Of a stretch of 64,000 bases of DNA, positions 18,732 to 28,710 are shown piece after piece. This stretch comes from Candidatus Melainabacteria bacterium (GTDB lineage Bacteria > Cyanobacteriota > Vampirovibrionia > LMEP-6097), in contig DUDT01000002.1 in NCBI GenBank assembly GCA_005110385.1, forward strand, positions 27,854 to 91,853, given 5' to 3'. A program made the translations under genes and the position numbers. The notes below the pieces were generated by a model. The model was not told the origin of the DNA, made no database searches, and worked only from the letters and a program-made list of their open reading frames with translations. How positions within the stretch are numbered: the stretch's first letter is position 1; each line of letters begins with the position of its first letter.

Positions 18732-19853
18732 TTATAAATACAACCCCTCTAAAAACTCTTTTGCAACACAGACCTTAACCCCAGACTCGATTCTAGATTT
18801 ACCCATATTTTTCACGATCTGAAAAGCCTTATAACCATAATGCTCTTTAAAATTTAAAAGACTTTTAGAAATATTTTTATCACTTAATTTCGCTTCTAAA
18901 ATATACTCTAGCTCACCTTTATTAGCCACCGCGAAATCGACTTCCAGCCCATCTTTCGTCCTAAGATAATGTAATTCTTTTTCTTCTGCAAGATAATCAT
19001 TCTCAGCATAAATACTTTTAAGTAAGCTCAAAGCCACAAGATTTTCAAAAGCCGCTCCCTCACTGTGACTTACTAGAGCAGTGTCAAAAAAATAAATCTT
19101 TGGTTCTTTTAAAATACTTCTTGCAATATTTTTAGAATAAGGGGTCACCCTGAAAATAATGTATAGAGCTTCTAATATCTCAATATACTTTTTAACTGTA
19201 TTCGATGAAATTTTTAAATCTTCTGCAAGTGAATTAAATGAAATACTAGAACCAACTCGCAGCCTTAACATATCAAAAAGCAGCCTCATAGCTTTGATAT
19301 TCTGAATCGGCTCTAAATCAAATACATCAGTAGTAAGTAAACCATTAACATATTGCTGCCTCCACCTGCTTGCTTCTAAATCATCATCCGCTAGAAAGGG
19401 TTCAGGGAAACCACTTCTAAGCATTAACTGACCTAAAGAGACGGTCTCATTTATCTTCCTAAACTCCGCTAAGGAAAAAGGCATTAACCTATGCCTAAAA
19501 TACCTACCAGCTAGTGAGTCACCTAACTTATCGAAGACCTCTAACCTTGCACTACCAGTAACCAATATGCGTGTCCCACTTTCTTTAGTATCGAAAACAC
19601 CTTTAATAAAATTTTTCCATTCTGGTTTTTTATGCAGCTCATCAAAAATAATCAAATCTAAATCCCTGTCCCAGATTTGCTTATCAATTATTTCCTTATC
19701 TTCTAAAGAATCGTAATTTAAATAAAGCGAATTGCTATAGGCTTTAGCAATTTTCTTAGCTAGCCATGTTTTACCAGACTGTCTTGGACCTACCAAAAAT
19801 ACCATTTTTTTCTCCAAGTCTTTTTTAATAGGATCTAGCTGAAAGCGTTTCAT
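18732..19853 (-). CDS. AAA+ ATPase, COG1373/DUF4143 family (paralog 2)
   Basis: 'MVFLVGPRQSGKTWLAK' and 'LIIFDELHK', with a DUF4143-like C-terminus. Confidence 0.75.
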   Translation of the reverse strand: MKRFQLDPIKKDLEKKMVFLVGPRQSGKTWLAKKIAKAYSNSLYLNYDSLEDKEIIDKQIWDRDLDLIIFDELHKKPEWKNFIKGVFDTKESGTRILVTGSARLEVFDKLGDSLAGRYFRHRLMPFSLAEFRKINETVSLGQLMLRSGFPEPFLADDDLEASRWRQQYVNGLLTTDVFDLEPIQNIKAMRLLFDMLRLRVGSSISFNSLAEDLKISSNTVKKYIEILEALYIIFRVTPYSKNIARSILKEPKIYFFDTALVSHSEGAAFENLVALSLLKSIYAENDYLAEEKELHYLRTKDGLEVDFAVANKGELEYILEAKLSDKNISKSLLNFKEHYGYKAFQIVKNMGKSRIESGVKVCVAKEFLEGLYL

Positions 19854-19897
19854 TTATTAAATAATTCTACCCAAATTTTGACTTTTTCTCAAGCTAT

Positions 19898-19946
19898 TGC
19901 AAATTAGTCGCGACTTTTTTGCAACTTAATGCAAATTAGTCAGTTC
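19898..19946. promoter_or_regulatory. Direct repeat TGCAAATTAGTC x2 in the divergent promoter region between ATPase paralog 2 and leuC
   Basis: 'ttgcaaattagtcgcgac' and 'atgcaaattagtcagttc' lie about 31 bp apart. Confidence 0.35.
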
Positions 19947-20004
19947 ATTGGCAAAAAAATCACAAGATCATTTCCCATCAAACTTGCTAAAATAGCTTAT
20001 TAAT

Positions 20005-21357
20005 ATGGCTAAAACTCTCTTCGATAAAGTCTGGGATGCACACGTAGTGGAAGCACTTCCTGGAGATAATTACCTGATATTCATGGATAGAATAGTGGCT
20101 CACGAGATCACTACACCGCAGGGTGCGATTCAAATCGATGAAGAGTTCGCGGGCAGAATTTTTGATGCTAATCGTATTTTAGCGATTAATGACCATGTCG
20201 CCCCAGCAAAAGATACAGCGACAGCTATTCAAGCAAGTGTGCTTAGAAAATGGGCTAAAAAGCACGGTATTAGACACTTTGATATCGGTGAAAATGGTAT
20301 CTGCCACGTAGTCGCTCCAGAAAGAGGTTATGTTCAGCCAGGGATGACGCTTTGTTGTGGCGATAGCCACACCTGTACTAATGGAGCTTTCGCCTGTTTC
20401 GCTCTAGGAATCGGTACTACTGCTAATGCTGGAGCTATGCTCTCTCAGTGCCTATTACTGAAAAAGCCTAAAGTTATGCAGATTAACCTTACAGGGAAGC
20501 GTCGTCAAGGAGTTTATGCTAAGGATCTTATTCTAGCTATTATTAATAAAATCACCTTTAAAGGTGGTACTGGCTTCGTTCTAGAATACACTGGTGATGC
20601 TATCGCTGACCTAGACATGGAAGAACGCATGACTATCTGTAATATGGCTATAGAAGCTGGTGCTACTAGTGGCATGATAGCTGCTGATGAAGTGACTTTC
20701 GAGTATTTAAGAGGTAAAGAGCAGATAACTAAAGATTCTGCTGAGTTCGATACACTAAAAGCTAAATGGGCTAAATTCACTCCAGATGCGGGTGCTACTT
20801 ATGATGAAGTTGTGGAAATAGATGTTTCTGCACTAAAACCTACAGTTACTTGGGGAATTAATCCTGGTGAATCTAGCAGTTTCGATGGTGTAGTGCCTGC
20901 TGATGCAGATCCTAAGGCTTTAGAATATATGGGACTTAAAACTGGAGATAAATTAGCTGATCTAGACATAGACCAAGCCTTTATTGGTAGCTGTACTAAC
21001 GCTAGAATTTCCGATCTTAGAATCGCTGCGAGCATTTTAAAAGGTCAGAAAGTTTCTATCCCAACTATTATTACTCCGGGGTCTCAAGAAGTTAAACGCC
21101 AAGCGGAACGTGAAGGTTTACATGAAATATTTCAAGATGCTGGAGCACTCTGGACTCACGCTAGCTGCGGACCTTGCCTCGGAATGAGCATGGGCGTAGT
21201 TGCTCCACAGGAAAGATGCATCTCTAGTACTAACCGTAATTTCCCAGGGCGCATGGGAGCTGGAGCGAGAACACATCTAGCTAGCCCTGCGATAGTGGCT
21301 GCGACAGCAATTAAGGGTAGGATTACTTCGCCTGAGCTTTTGCTCGCTGGAGTATAA
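20005..21357 (+). CDS. leuC: 3-isopropylmalate dehydratase large subunit (aconitase family), with no adjacent leuD
   Basis: 'MAKTLFDKVWDAHVV' is a canonical LeuC start. Fe-S cysteine ligands are present in 'GSCTNAR' and 'SCGPCLG'. Confidence 0.8.
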   Translation: MAKTLFDKVWDAHVVEALPGDNYLIFMDRIVAHEITTPQGAIQIDEEFAGRIFDANRILAINDHVAPAKDTATAIQASVLRKWAKKHGIRHFDIGENGICHVVAPERGYVQPGMTLCCGDSHTCTNGAFACFALGIGTTANAGAMLSQCLLLKKPKVMQINLTGKRRQGVYAKDLILAIINKITFKGGTGFVLEYTGDAIADLDMEERMTICNMAIEAGATSGMIAADEVTFEYLRGKEQITKDSAEFDTLKAKWAKFTPDAGATYDEVVEIDVSALKPTVTWGINPGESSSFDGVVPADADPKALEYMGLKTGDKLADLDIDQAFIGSCTNARISDLRIAASILKGQKVSIPTIITPGSQEVKRQAEREGLHEIFQDAGALWTHASCGPCLGMSMGVVAPQERCISSTNRNFPGRMGAGARTHLASPAIVAATAIKGRITSPELLLAGV

Positions 21358-21407
21358 AAAGCTAAACTTCAACTCAAATATCATTAATAGTAAAAAACTA
21401 AACGAAA

Positions 21408-21461
21408 GTATACTTTAAAATGGTAGAACTAAACTAAAATATACTTTAGAATAGTTCTAAG
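21408..21461. promoter_or_regulatory. Pair of ~24-bp repeats (TATACTTTARAATRGT..ACTAA), containing the inverted half-sites TAGAACT/AGTTCTA, upstream of ATPase paralog 3
   Basis: 'gtatactttaaaatggtagaactaa' and 'atatactttagaatagttctaag'. Confidence 0.35.
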
Positions 21462-21508
21462 TTGTGGAATATATAATTTGGCTCATCCACTAAATAAAAG
21501 ATAAACCT

Positions 21509-22798
21509 ATGTTCCCTAGAGAATTCTGGATCACAAAAATACAAAAAGCTTGGAGACTGAGGTCTATCATCTGGCTAGTCGGCGTAAGGCGTATAGGTAA
21601 AACCACCTTAGTAAAGTCATTATCTGAGGGTGATAAGGCGGGTAAAAACGCAAAAAATGGAATTGCGCATGGGTCTCTTCTGTATTATGACTGTGAGTTA
21701 AAAAGAAACCGTGATCTTATTGAAAGCGATGTAGAAGAATTTTGGCAGGGAAAAGAAAATAAGATCGTAATCCTAGACGAGATTCATCGTTTAGAAAATC
21801 CTTCTGAAGTCCTGAAAATAGCTGCTGATCATTATTCTAATGTTAAGGTGATAGCTACGGGCTCATCTACTCTAGCTGCTAGTAAAAAATTTAAAGACAC
21901 TCTAAGTGGACGAAAAATCGTCATAGAGCTAAGACCATTAATAGAAGCTGATCTTCTTGCTTTTGCTCAGAATAAAAATCCCAAAATAATAGAACCTATA
22001 AATGAGGATAACGAAAACGCAGAAATTGGAGTTCGGCAACAGTGCCATAATACACTTTTAGAAAAACGCTTTCTCTACGGTGGCATGCCCGAGAATTATC
22101 TCAGTGACGAACTGCCTGAATACGCCTTTGAAGAATGGATTGACTCTTACTGGTCTAAAGATATTCAAGAACTTTATGAGCTGCGTAGTAAATTTGCTTT
22201 TCAGAAATTTATGGAATTGCTCTTTATACAGAGTGGCGGAATCTTTGAAGCTAGTAAATTTGCCACTGACTGTAAAGTTAGTAGTCCGACTATTAGTAAT
22301 TTTTTACACGTACTAGAAGAAACCTTTGTTATAGATGTTCTTCGTCCTTATCATAAACGAAAAAATTCTGAAATCGTTTCAGCACCTAAGGTTTATGCTT
22401 TTGACACTGGGCTTGCTTGTTATTTAAAAGGCTGGTCATCACTCAGGAACGAGGATTTAGGTATATTCTGGGAACACTTCGTTTTAAATGAACTAAAAGC
22501 TCAGCTCCAAAACAATGCAGACATACTATACTGGCGAAACAAAAAAAAGCAAGAAGTCGACTTTATAATTAAGAAAAAACGCTCACAGACTGTTATAGCT
22601 ATAGAAACTAAATGGCAAGCTAAAAATTTCAGCCCAGACAATCTACAAGCTTTTCGTGAACTACATCCAGAAGGAGAGAATTTTCTTATCGCCAATGATA
22701 TCCAAGAATCATATACAAAAAACTATACTGACCTGAAAGTAAAATTCATTAGTTTAAGAGAATTTATCTTGCAGATTACTCTTGGCACAGCTCCTTGA
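21509..22798 (+). CDS. AAA+ ATPase, COG1373/DUF4143 family (paralog 3), carrying an in-frame repeat-element insertion
   Basis: 'WLVGVRRIGKTTLVK' and 'IVILDEIHR'. The inserted peptide is 'NEDNENAEIGVRQQCHN'. Confidence 0.75.
   Translation: MFPREFWITKIQKAWRLRSIIWLVGVRRIGKTTLVKSLSEGDKAGKNAKNGIAHGSLLYYDCELKRNRDLIESDVEEFWQGKENKIVILDEIHRLENPSEVLKIAADHYSNVKVIATGSSTLAASKKFKDTLSGRKIVIELRPLIEADLLAFAQNKNPKIIEPINEDNENAEIGVRQQCHNTLLEKRFLYGGMPENYLSDELPEYAFEEWIDSYWSKDIQELYELRSKFAFQKFMELLFIQSGGIFEASKFATDCKVSSPTISNFLHVLEETFVIDVLRPYHKRKNSEIVSAPKVYAFDTGLACYLKGWSSLRNEDLGIFWEHFVLNELKAQLQNNADILYWRNKKKQEVDFIIKKKRSQTVIAIETKWQAKNFSPDNLQAFRELHPEGENFLIANDIQESYTKNYTDLKVKFISLREFILQITLGTAP
22001..22051 (+). repeat. Dispersed in-frame repeat element copy (AATGAGGATAACGAAAACGCAGAAATTGGAGTTCGGCAACAGTGCCATAAT)
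   Basis: Shares 'AATGAGGAT.ACGAAAACGCAGAAATTGGAGTT' with 9356-9410, and 'EIGV.(Q/E)QC' with the guaA copy. Confidence 0.8.
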
Positions 22799-22870
22799 TT
22801 TATCCTAGATAAGCGAATAAAACTTGCCAGGAGACATTTTAGAATATAGCGAGAAGCCAGAAGATCCAAA

Positions 22871-22972
22871 AAATTAGCTCTTATTTAGTCTATCTATAAT
22901 AGAGTAAATAAGGGTATAATTCTATTATCAATAGAGTAAATAAAAAATTAGCTCTATTACCAATAGAATAAA
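22871..22972. promoter_or_regulatory. Array of three palindromic operator-like sites, TCTATT-N3-4-AATAGAGTAAATA, immediately upstream of ATPase paralog 4
   Basis: 'tctataatagagtaaata', 'tctattatcaatagagtaaata' and 'tctattaccaatagaataaat', spaced about 30 bp apart and ending at the ATG. Confidence 0.45.
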
Positions 22973-22973
22973 T

Positions 22974-24278
22974 ATGGTCTTCAAAGTCAACGATATCAAA
23001 GAATTATTAGTATTGCAGATGAAGAGATTCTGCTCAGCAGAACTAAACGTCATCAGAGAAGATGCATTAAAACTAGTAGAAAAACACGTGAAAGCCCCTC
23101 AAGCAGTGGTTATTAGTGGCTTAAGAAGAGCTGGAAAATCTACATTTCTGCATCAAATCGCTCATAAATACTATGAAAAAAATGCTTACTACTATATTAA
23201 TTTTGATGATGATAGATTTTCAGACTTCACAGCTAGTGACTTTAACGCATTACTTGAAATTCTAATCGAACTATTTTCAGAAAGAAAAGTAATCTTTTTC
23301 GACGAAATCCAAAACATTGATAAGTGGGAAACCTTCTGTAGAAGGCTTATAGATAATGGTTTTAAACTTTACATCACTGGATCTAACGCTTCATTACTGA
23401 GTAAAGAGCTTGGTACTAGGCTTACAGGGCGTTATTTTCCATTAGAGCTTTTTCCTTTTAGCTTCGAGGAGTTTTTACGTTATCGAAAAATCGATATTAA
23501 AGAGATAATGAAAGAGAGCCGAAACGTTTTAGACACTAAGACACGAGCCTTATTAAAAAACAAGCTTAAAGAATATATTTTAAAAGGCTCTATCCCAGAG
23601 GCTTTAAGATATCCAGAGCTACCTGTATTAAAAAGCCTCTACCGAGATATTCTCTACCGAGATATAGCTACACGTTACAGAATAGAAGCTGATAGAACCC
23701 TGCGTGAGCTTTCTCTGCGAGTTTTCACTGATATTACTAGCCCTATACAGTTTTCTAAAATTAAACAGCAGCTCGGCATCGGTAATGTAACTACTGTCAC
23801 TAATTACATTTCATATTTAGAAAACTCTTGGTTAATTTTTGCTATAAATATCTTCGATATTTCGATTAAAAGGCAGCAAATCGCCCCTAAAAAAATCTAC
23901 GCCATAGATACAGGTCTAATACATGAGATAACTTTTAAATTTAAAGAAAAACAGGGAGTCCTATTAGAGAATCTAGTTTTTTTACATCTACGTAAAAAAT
24001 ATCAAGAGGTTTTTTACTATAAAACTAAATCTAACTATGAAGTAGATTTTTTCATTCCCGAAGCAGCTTTGCTAGTGCAGGTTTCTTACGACATTTCAGA
24101 TTTAGAAACCAAGGAAAGAGAAATTAGATCACTTATAGAAGCTAAATCTGAATTAGAGATGGATAAAAAATTTAAAATTAAAAAACTCCTAATAATAAAC
24201 TTCGAGCTTAAAGATCAGGAAAAAATCCAAAAAAATACTATAGAAATTATTCCAGCTTACGAGTTTTTACTTTCTTGA
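22974..24278 (+). CDS. AAA+ ATPase, COG1373/DUF4143 family (paralog 4)
   Basis: 'VVISGLRRAGKSTFL' and 'VIFFDEIQN', with a DUF4143-like C-terminus. Confidence 0.75.
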   Translation: MVFKVNDIKELLVLQMKRFCSAELNVIREDALKLVEKHVKAPQAVVISGLRRAGKSTFLHQIAHKYYEKNAYYYINFDDDRFSDFTASDFNALLEILIELFSERKVIFFDEIQNIDKWETFCRRLIDNGFKLYITGSNASLLSKELGTRLTGRYFPLELFPFSFEEFLRYRKIDIKEIMKESRNVLDTKTRALLKNKLKEYILKGSIPEALRYPELPVLKSLYRDILYRDIATRYRIEADRTLRELSLRVFTDITSPIQFSKIKQQLGIGNVTTVTNYISYLENSWLIFAINIFDISIKRQQIAPKKIYAIDTGLIHEITFKFKEKQGVLLENLVFLHLRKKYQEVFYYKTKSNYEVDFFIPEAALLVQVSYDISDLETKEREIRSLIEAKSELEMDKKFKIKKLLIINFELKDQEKIQKNTIEIIPAYEFLLS

Positions 24279-24337
24279 AATATGCTAAAGTTTTCCATGT
24301 AATACACGATAGACTTTCTAACTACTAATTAACAAAG

Positions 24338-25651
24338 ATGTTAAATATATCTCCAGAGCATCCAAGGATGGGCACAACAGCTCCAATAAATGATAATACT
24401 GCGACTGCCGTAAATAGGCAGACTCCGCTAGCAAAAGATATTCCGCCTACTACTCAACAACGCAACTCTTCACCAGATACCCGCAGTACTGAAACCCAGT
24501 CCCTATCAAAACCACAAGAAGACTTTAGCTGGCAAACTGTTAATTTAGAAAATTTAAAAACTGCTGGAATGCTCTCCACTGAAACTAAAAAAGTCGCAGG
24601 TAAAGATATCACTATACAAAGTTTCTCCCTGAGGGATCAATCAGCCAAAGTAAGTATCAGCCCTGAATTAGGAGCAAATGTATTAAATCTGGAATTAGCA
24701 GGTGAAAAAATTATCAGCTCGCCAGTCTTAGAAAGTAAAGCAGGAGGAAATAAAGTCCATGAAATGGAAGGCATGCCTTTAATTAGCCCGCCTAACAGAA
24801 CTAATAAAAGCAAGATTTATTATTCTGATGCTAAAGGTAAAACACGAGAAATTAAACTAGCTAAGCCAAAGCAAGATGAGGGAAATGGAAACTTTGAGTT
24901 TAATGAAGGAAATATGATTCATGGCAGAATGCATAAAGAACTATGGTCATTGCAAAAAGCCGAAACCAATAACACTGGTGATCTTAGACTTACTTATAAC
25001 TTTAATACTCAAGATGACCTCATTTTAAGTAGGAAACTCGGCTCTGCCAAGTTCTCTATGACCTATACTTTAAGTAAAAATCCTGAAACAGGCGTACCGA
25101 GCTTAAAGACAGAAGTCACTGTAACTAATACTGGTGATGAAAGATCTCCTAATGGTGGACTGTATCCATTAGTAGGTCTAGGTTTCCATCCATATTTCAA
25201 TGTCGATGAAGCAGCTAGCTTCACTGCAGCAGTAGGCAAAGAATTAAAACTAGGTGAAAAGGGTATACCTACTGGTAAATTAGAAAATCCTAGTAACGAT
25301 TTAACTACTGGCAGAAAAGCTTCTAAGGCAGATGGGCAGATAGACGCTACTTATACCGTTAAACCTAATGCACAAGGTGAAGTAAGATCGACTATCACCC
25401 AAGGAAACGGTACTAAAATACATATAGACCAAAGCCGTGAAATGGGCTTTATAACTATCTATAACGGCGAAACAGATAAGCGAGCTGGTCAGAATAAGCT
25501 CTGCATAGAACCACTTACCTGCCCGCCTAATGCTAGTGAATTACAGTTTAATAATAAAGGCACAGACGCAGCATTAACACCTAATGCCATAACTTTAAAA
25601 CCAAAAGAAAGCCAGCGAGCTAGCTTCATTATTAGCGTAGAAAAAACTTAA
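24338..25651 (+). CDS. Aldose 1-epimerase (galactose mutarotase-like) family protein with an ~80-aa disordered N-terminal extension
   Basis: 'GLGFHPYFNV' and the C-terminal 'LCIEPLTCPPNA' match the mutarotase HPYFN and catalytic-Glu motifs. Confidence 0.55.
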   Translation: MLNISPEHPRMGTTAPINDNTATAVNRQTPLAKDIPPTTQQRNSSPDTRSTETQSLSKPQEDFSWQTVNLENLKTAGMLSTETKKVAGKDITIQSFSLRDQSAKVSISPELGANVLNLELAGEKIISSPVLESKAGGNKVHEMEGMPLISPPNRTNKSKIYYSDAKGKTREIKLAKPKQDEGNGNFEFNEGNMIHGRMHKELWSLQKAETNNTGDLRLTYNFNTQDDLILSRKLGSAKFSMTYTLSKNPETGVPSLKTEVTVTNTGDERSPNGGLYPLVGLGFHPYFNVDEAASFTAAVGKELKLGEKGIPTGKLENPSNDLTTGRKASKADGQIDATYTVKPNAQGEVRSTITQGNGTKIHIDQSREMGFITIYNGETDKRAGQNKLCIEPLTCPPNASELQFNNKGTDAALTPNAITLKPKESQRASFIISVEKT

Positions 25652-25891
25652 CTTAACACATTTATTAATTTAAGATAATCAGAACATCTATGTTTCTAAG
25701 TACCCCTGCGACGCCCATGTCAAACTATAGACGACCGATAATTACTGAGGCAAAAGCCGCTTTAGTAACCACTGGCGGCACCATCGGCTCAAGCCGAGAA
25801 AAAAAGGTGGTTCAATAGATGTAATCGAGGGAGGGAAAGATTTTTTTATAAGTAGAAACCAGTCGACTTTTTCTGTGCATAAAATATAGGC

Positions 25892-27388
25892 ATGGATATT
25901 TTTAAATTCACTAAAAAAATACAAGAGAATATTTTTTTTAGCAATGGTCAGAAAGAAAGTGACAAAGATGGACCTATCAAATTTCCAGCTAACTTCACTT
26001 GGGGGACAGCTACAGCAGCCTTTCAGATAGAAGGTCACCCCGATGAATATCGTGAAAAGCTCTCTGATTGGGCAGAGTGGCTAGATAAACCAGAGAAAGT
26101 AAAATCTCCGAATGGTGCTGGGCTAGCAGTTAAGCATTATGAAAAATTAGAAGAAGATTTAACTCTAATAAATGACTTGGGAGCTGATGCTTACAGATTC
26201 TCCTTTAACTGGGCAGCTTTACATAGGGGGCCTGATGATTTTCATGAAGAGACTTTAGCTTTCTATGAAAGACTTTTAGATGAGTTAAAGGTTAAACCAT
26301 TTGCGACACTGGTTCATTTCGTTCTGCCTAACTGGCTAGCTAAAGAAGGTGGCTGGGAAAATCCTAACACTGCCTGTGAGTTTAATAACTTCGTAAAATT
26401 CTTATTAGAAAATTTCGGTGAGAAAATCCAATACTGGATTACCTTTAATGAGCCTAATATTTTTCTTGGTTTCGGTTATGAAAGCGGCATCTGGCCGCCT
26501 GGTAAAACGAATGATCTAAATGGTTATTTTAAAGCCTATCAAGGTATGCTCACGGCTCATGAACTAGCTTATAAAAGCATAAAAGAGTTTAACCCGAGTC
26601 ACCAAGTAGGTTTTTCGCAAAATATGTACTATTTTCAGTCATATCAAGAATCCCAAGAAGGAGAAGCTGAAGATACTAACAAGCCTAAGATAAAGCTAGG
26701 AACTACATCAGATACATCTCATATCAGCCCTTATAAACGAAGAGTCGATTTAGACCTGATTCCAGCCGTAATTAGAGATCAATTACATAACTACAGCTTT
26801 ATAGAATCATGTTTAGATATGGGCAGTCTAGATTTTTTAGGTGTGAATTACTACACTAGATTCATTTATAAATTTTCGACGCAAGCTAAAGATCCAGCTA
26901 ACCCTGACCTAGATTCACTTCTATGGGGACAGTTACAAAGTACACTTAAGGGGTTGAAGAACGAAGAAAGTCCTGTAACTAGAGTTCGTGAACAGTCACA
27001 TAATTCACTTGGCTGGGAAATATACCCTGAAGGTCTATATAAAGTCCTAAGCAGCGAAAAATTTAAAAAGCTATTAGGGAATAAACCTGTATTTATCACT
27101 GAGAACGGCTATTCACATATAGAGACTAATCCTGAAAACAAAGATTTAGAAGATAAATATCGCATAGATTTTATTAAAGGCCATCTAGAGGCCATTCATA
27201 AAGCGATTCAAGAAAATGTAAATATTCAAGGTTATTTCTATTGGAGTTTAATAGATAATTTCGAGTGGGCATTAGGCATGGAGCCAAGATTTGGGCTTAT
27301 CCATGTAGATCATGAAACTTATAATAGAACTCCGAAAGCGAGTTATTACTATTATTCAGATATCTGCAAAACTAATCAAGTTATTTAA
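25892..27388 (+). CDS. Glycoside hydrolase family 1 beta-glucosidase
   Basis: 'FTWGTATAAFQIEGH', 'ITFNEPN' (acid/base Glu) and 'FITENGYS' (nucleophile Glu). Confidence 0.85.
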   Translation: MDIFKFTKKIQENIFFSNGQKESDKDGPIKFPANFTWGTATAAFQIEGHPDEYREKLSDWAEWLDKPEKVKSPNGAGLAVKHYEKLEEDLTLINDLGADAYRFSFNWAALHRGPDDFHEETLAFYERLLDELKVKPFATLVHFVLPNWLAKEGGWENPNTACEFNNFVKFLLENFGEKIQYWITFNEPNIFLGFGYESGIWPPGKTNDLNGYFKAYQGMLTAHELAYKSIKEFNPSHQVGFSQNMYYFQSYQESQEGEAEDTNKPKIKLGTTSDTSHISPYKRRVDLDLIPAVIRDQLHNYSFIESCLDMGSLDFLGVNYYTRFIYKFSTQAKDPANPDLDSLLWGQLQSTLKGLKNEESPVTRVREQSHNSLGWEIYPEGLYKVLSSEKFKKLLGNKPVFITENGYSHIETNPENKDLEDKYRIDFIKGHLEAIHKAIQENVNIQGYFYWSLIDNFEWALGMEPRFGLIHVDHETYNRTPKASYYYYSDICKTNQVI

Positions 27389-27626
27389 AACTATCTCAAA
27401 AATTTCCCAAGCCCGCTTCATAGAAATTGATCCTTATAATCTCGATAATTTCAAGTGAAAATTTCCTTACTAAGATTATTATTTTTTCATCAAGAAAGTT
27501 TGCTTTGCCTGTCTCGGAGAATAACTTTGATGATATATTAGAAGGACACGAGAATTTTAGCGTTTTTCAAATAACTAAGAGTGGTAAAACCACTATATAT
27601 GGTTTTTTGAGCTATAAAAGGAACAC

Positions 27627-28673
27627 ATGACGACTACAACTACTACGGAGAACTCAATTAAAGTGAATGAAATTAGTAAACTCGATGAGACTAGTAAAAT
27701 CAGTGAGATGGCTAAAAGCAATCAAAGAAGCATGCTAACGCCAAGAGATCATTACAAGCCCTTTGAATATCCTCAGTTTTTTGAATATTTTAAATTACAG
27801 CAGCAGGCACACTGGCTACCAACAGAAGTTCCCATGGCTGATGACTTAGTCGACTTTAAAACTAAACTTACTCCCCAAGAATCTAATTTAATTATCCAAG
27901 TACTTAGATTTTTTACTCAAGGAGATATAGAGGTACAGAATAACTATAATAGTCATCTAATACCAGTCTTCCCTAAACCTGAAATAGCTATGATGCTTAC
28001 AGCTTTTGCTTCTATGGAAACAGTGCATGTGTGGGCCTACTCTCATTTAAACGATACGCTAGGCTTGCCAGAAGTAGAATACAGCGCCTTCCGTGAATAT
28101 GAAGCGATGAAGAATAAATATGAATATCTTCAAAACTTTAAAACGGAAAATAAATACGAGATAGCTAAAAACTTAGCTGTATTTGGTGGATTTATGGAAG
28201 GAATAGCATTATTTGCGAGCTTCGCTATCCTTATGAATTTCCCAAGACGTGGGTTATTGAAGAATGTTGGACAGATCATTACTTGGTCTATTCGTGATGA
28301 ATCTCTGCATTCAGAAGGTGTCTGTGCTTTATTTAGACAGTTCATTAAAGAAAATCCTGATATCTGGACTCCTGAATTTAAAGATGAAATTTATAAAGCC
28401 TGCGATGAAATGATTCGCTTAGAGAATAATTTCGTCGATACCTGCTTTACTTTAGGATCAGTCGAAGGCTTACAGCCAGAGGATGTTAAGAAGTATTTAA
28501 AATATATAGCGAATAAAAGACTCTCAGACCTAGGACTAGAAGGACTTTATGATATTAAAGAAAATCCTCTACCTTGGATGAACCTTATGGTTAACGGAAA
28601 AGAACACGCTAATTTCTTTGAAACCCGCGCGACTGACTACGCTAAGGGCGTAATCGTTGATGACTGGGAATAG
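27627..28673 (+). CDS. nrdB: Ribonucleoside-diphosphate reductase beta (R2) subunit, class I. No nrdA is adjacent.
   Basis: Di-iron ligand pairs 'SMETVHVWAYSH' and 'SIRDESLHSEG', plus an R2-type C-terminus 'ETRATDYAKG..DDWE'. Confidence 0.8.
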   Translation: MTTTTTTENSIKVNEISKLDETSKISEMAKSNQRSMLTPRDHYKPFEYPQFFEYFKLQQQAHWLPTEVPMADDLVDFKTKLTPQESNLIIQVLRFFTQGDIEVQNNYNSHLIPVFPKPEIAMMLTAFASMETVHVWAYSHLNDTLGLPEVEYSAFREYEAMKNKYEYLQNFKTENKYEIAKNLAVFGGFMEGIALFASFAILMNFPRRGLLKNVGQIITWSIRDESLHSEGVCALFRQFIKENPDIWTPEFKDEIYKACDEMIRLENNFVDTCFTLGSVEGLQPEDVKKYLKYIANKRLSDLGLEGLYDIKENPLPWMNLMVNGKEHANFFETRATDYAKGVIVDDWE

Positions 28674-28710
28674 CCGCCTACTAATTGCCACGCTGGCCAA
28701 ACGTGCAAGT

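Noticed and set aside
21636-21680. Possible additional degenerate repeat copy (GATAAGGCGGGTAAAAACGCAAAAAATGGAATTGCGCATGGGTC) near the N-terminus of ATPase paralog 3.
   Set aside because: Similarity to the element is only about 65% over 45 nt. It cannot be separated from chance plus A-rich coding sequence without a statistical alignment, so it is not listed as a feature.
27427-27630. 67-aa ORF between the GH1 gene and nrdB.
   Set aside because: Short, hydrophobic and low-complexity, with no motif. It is more likely nrdB promoter/5' UTR DNA.
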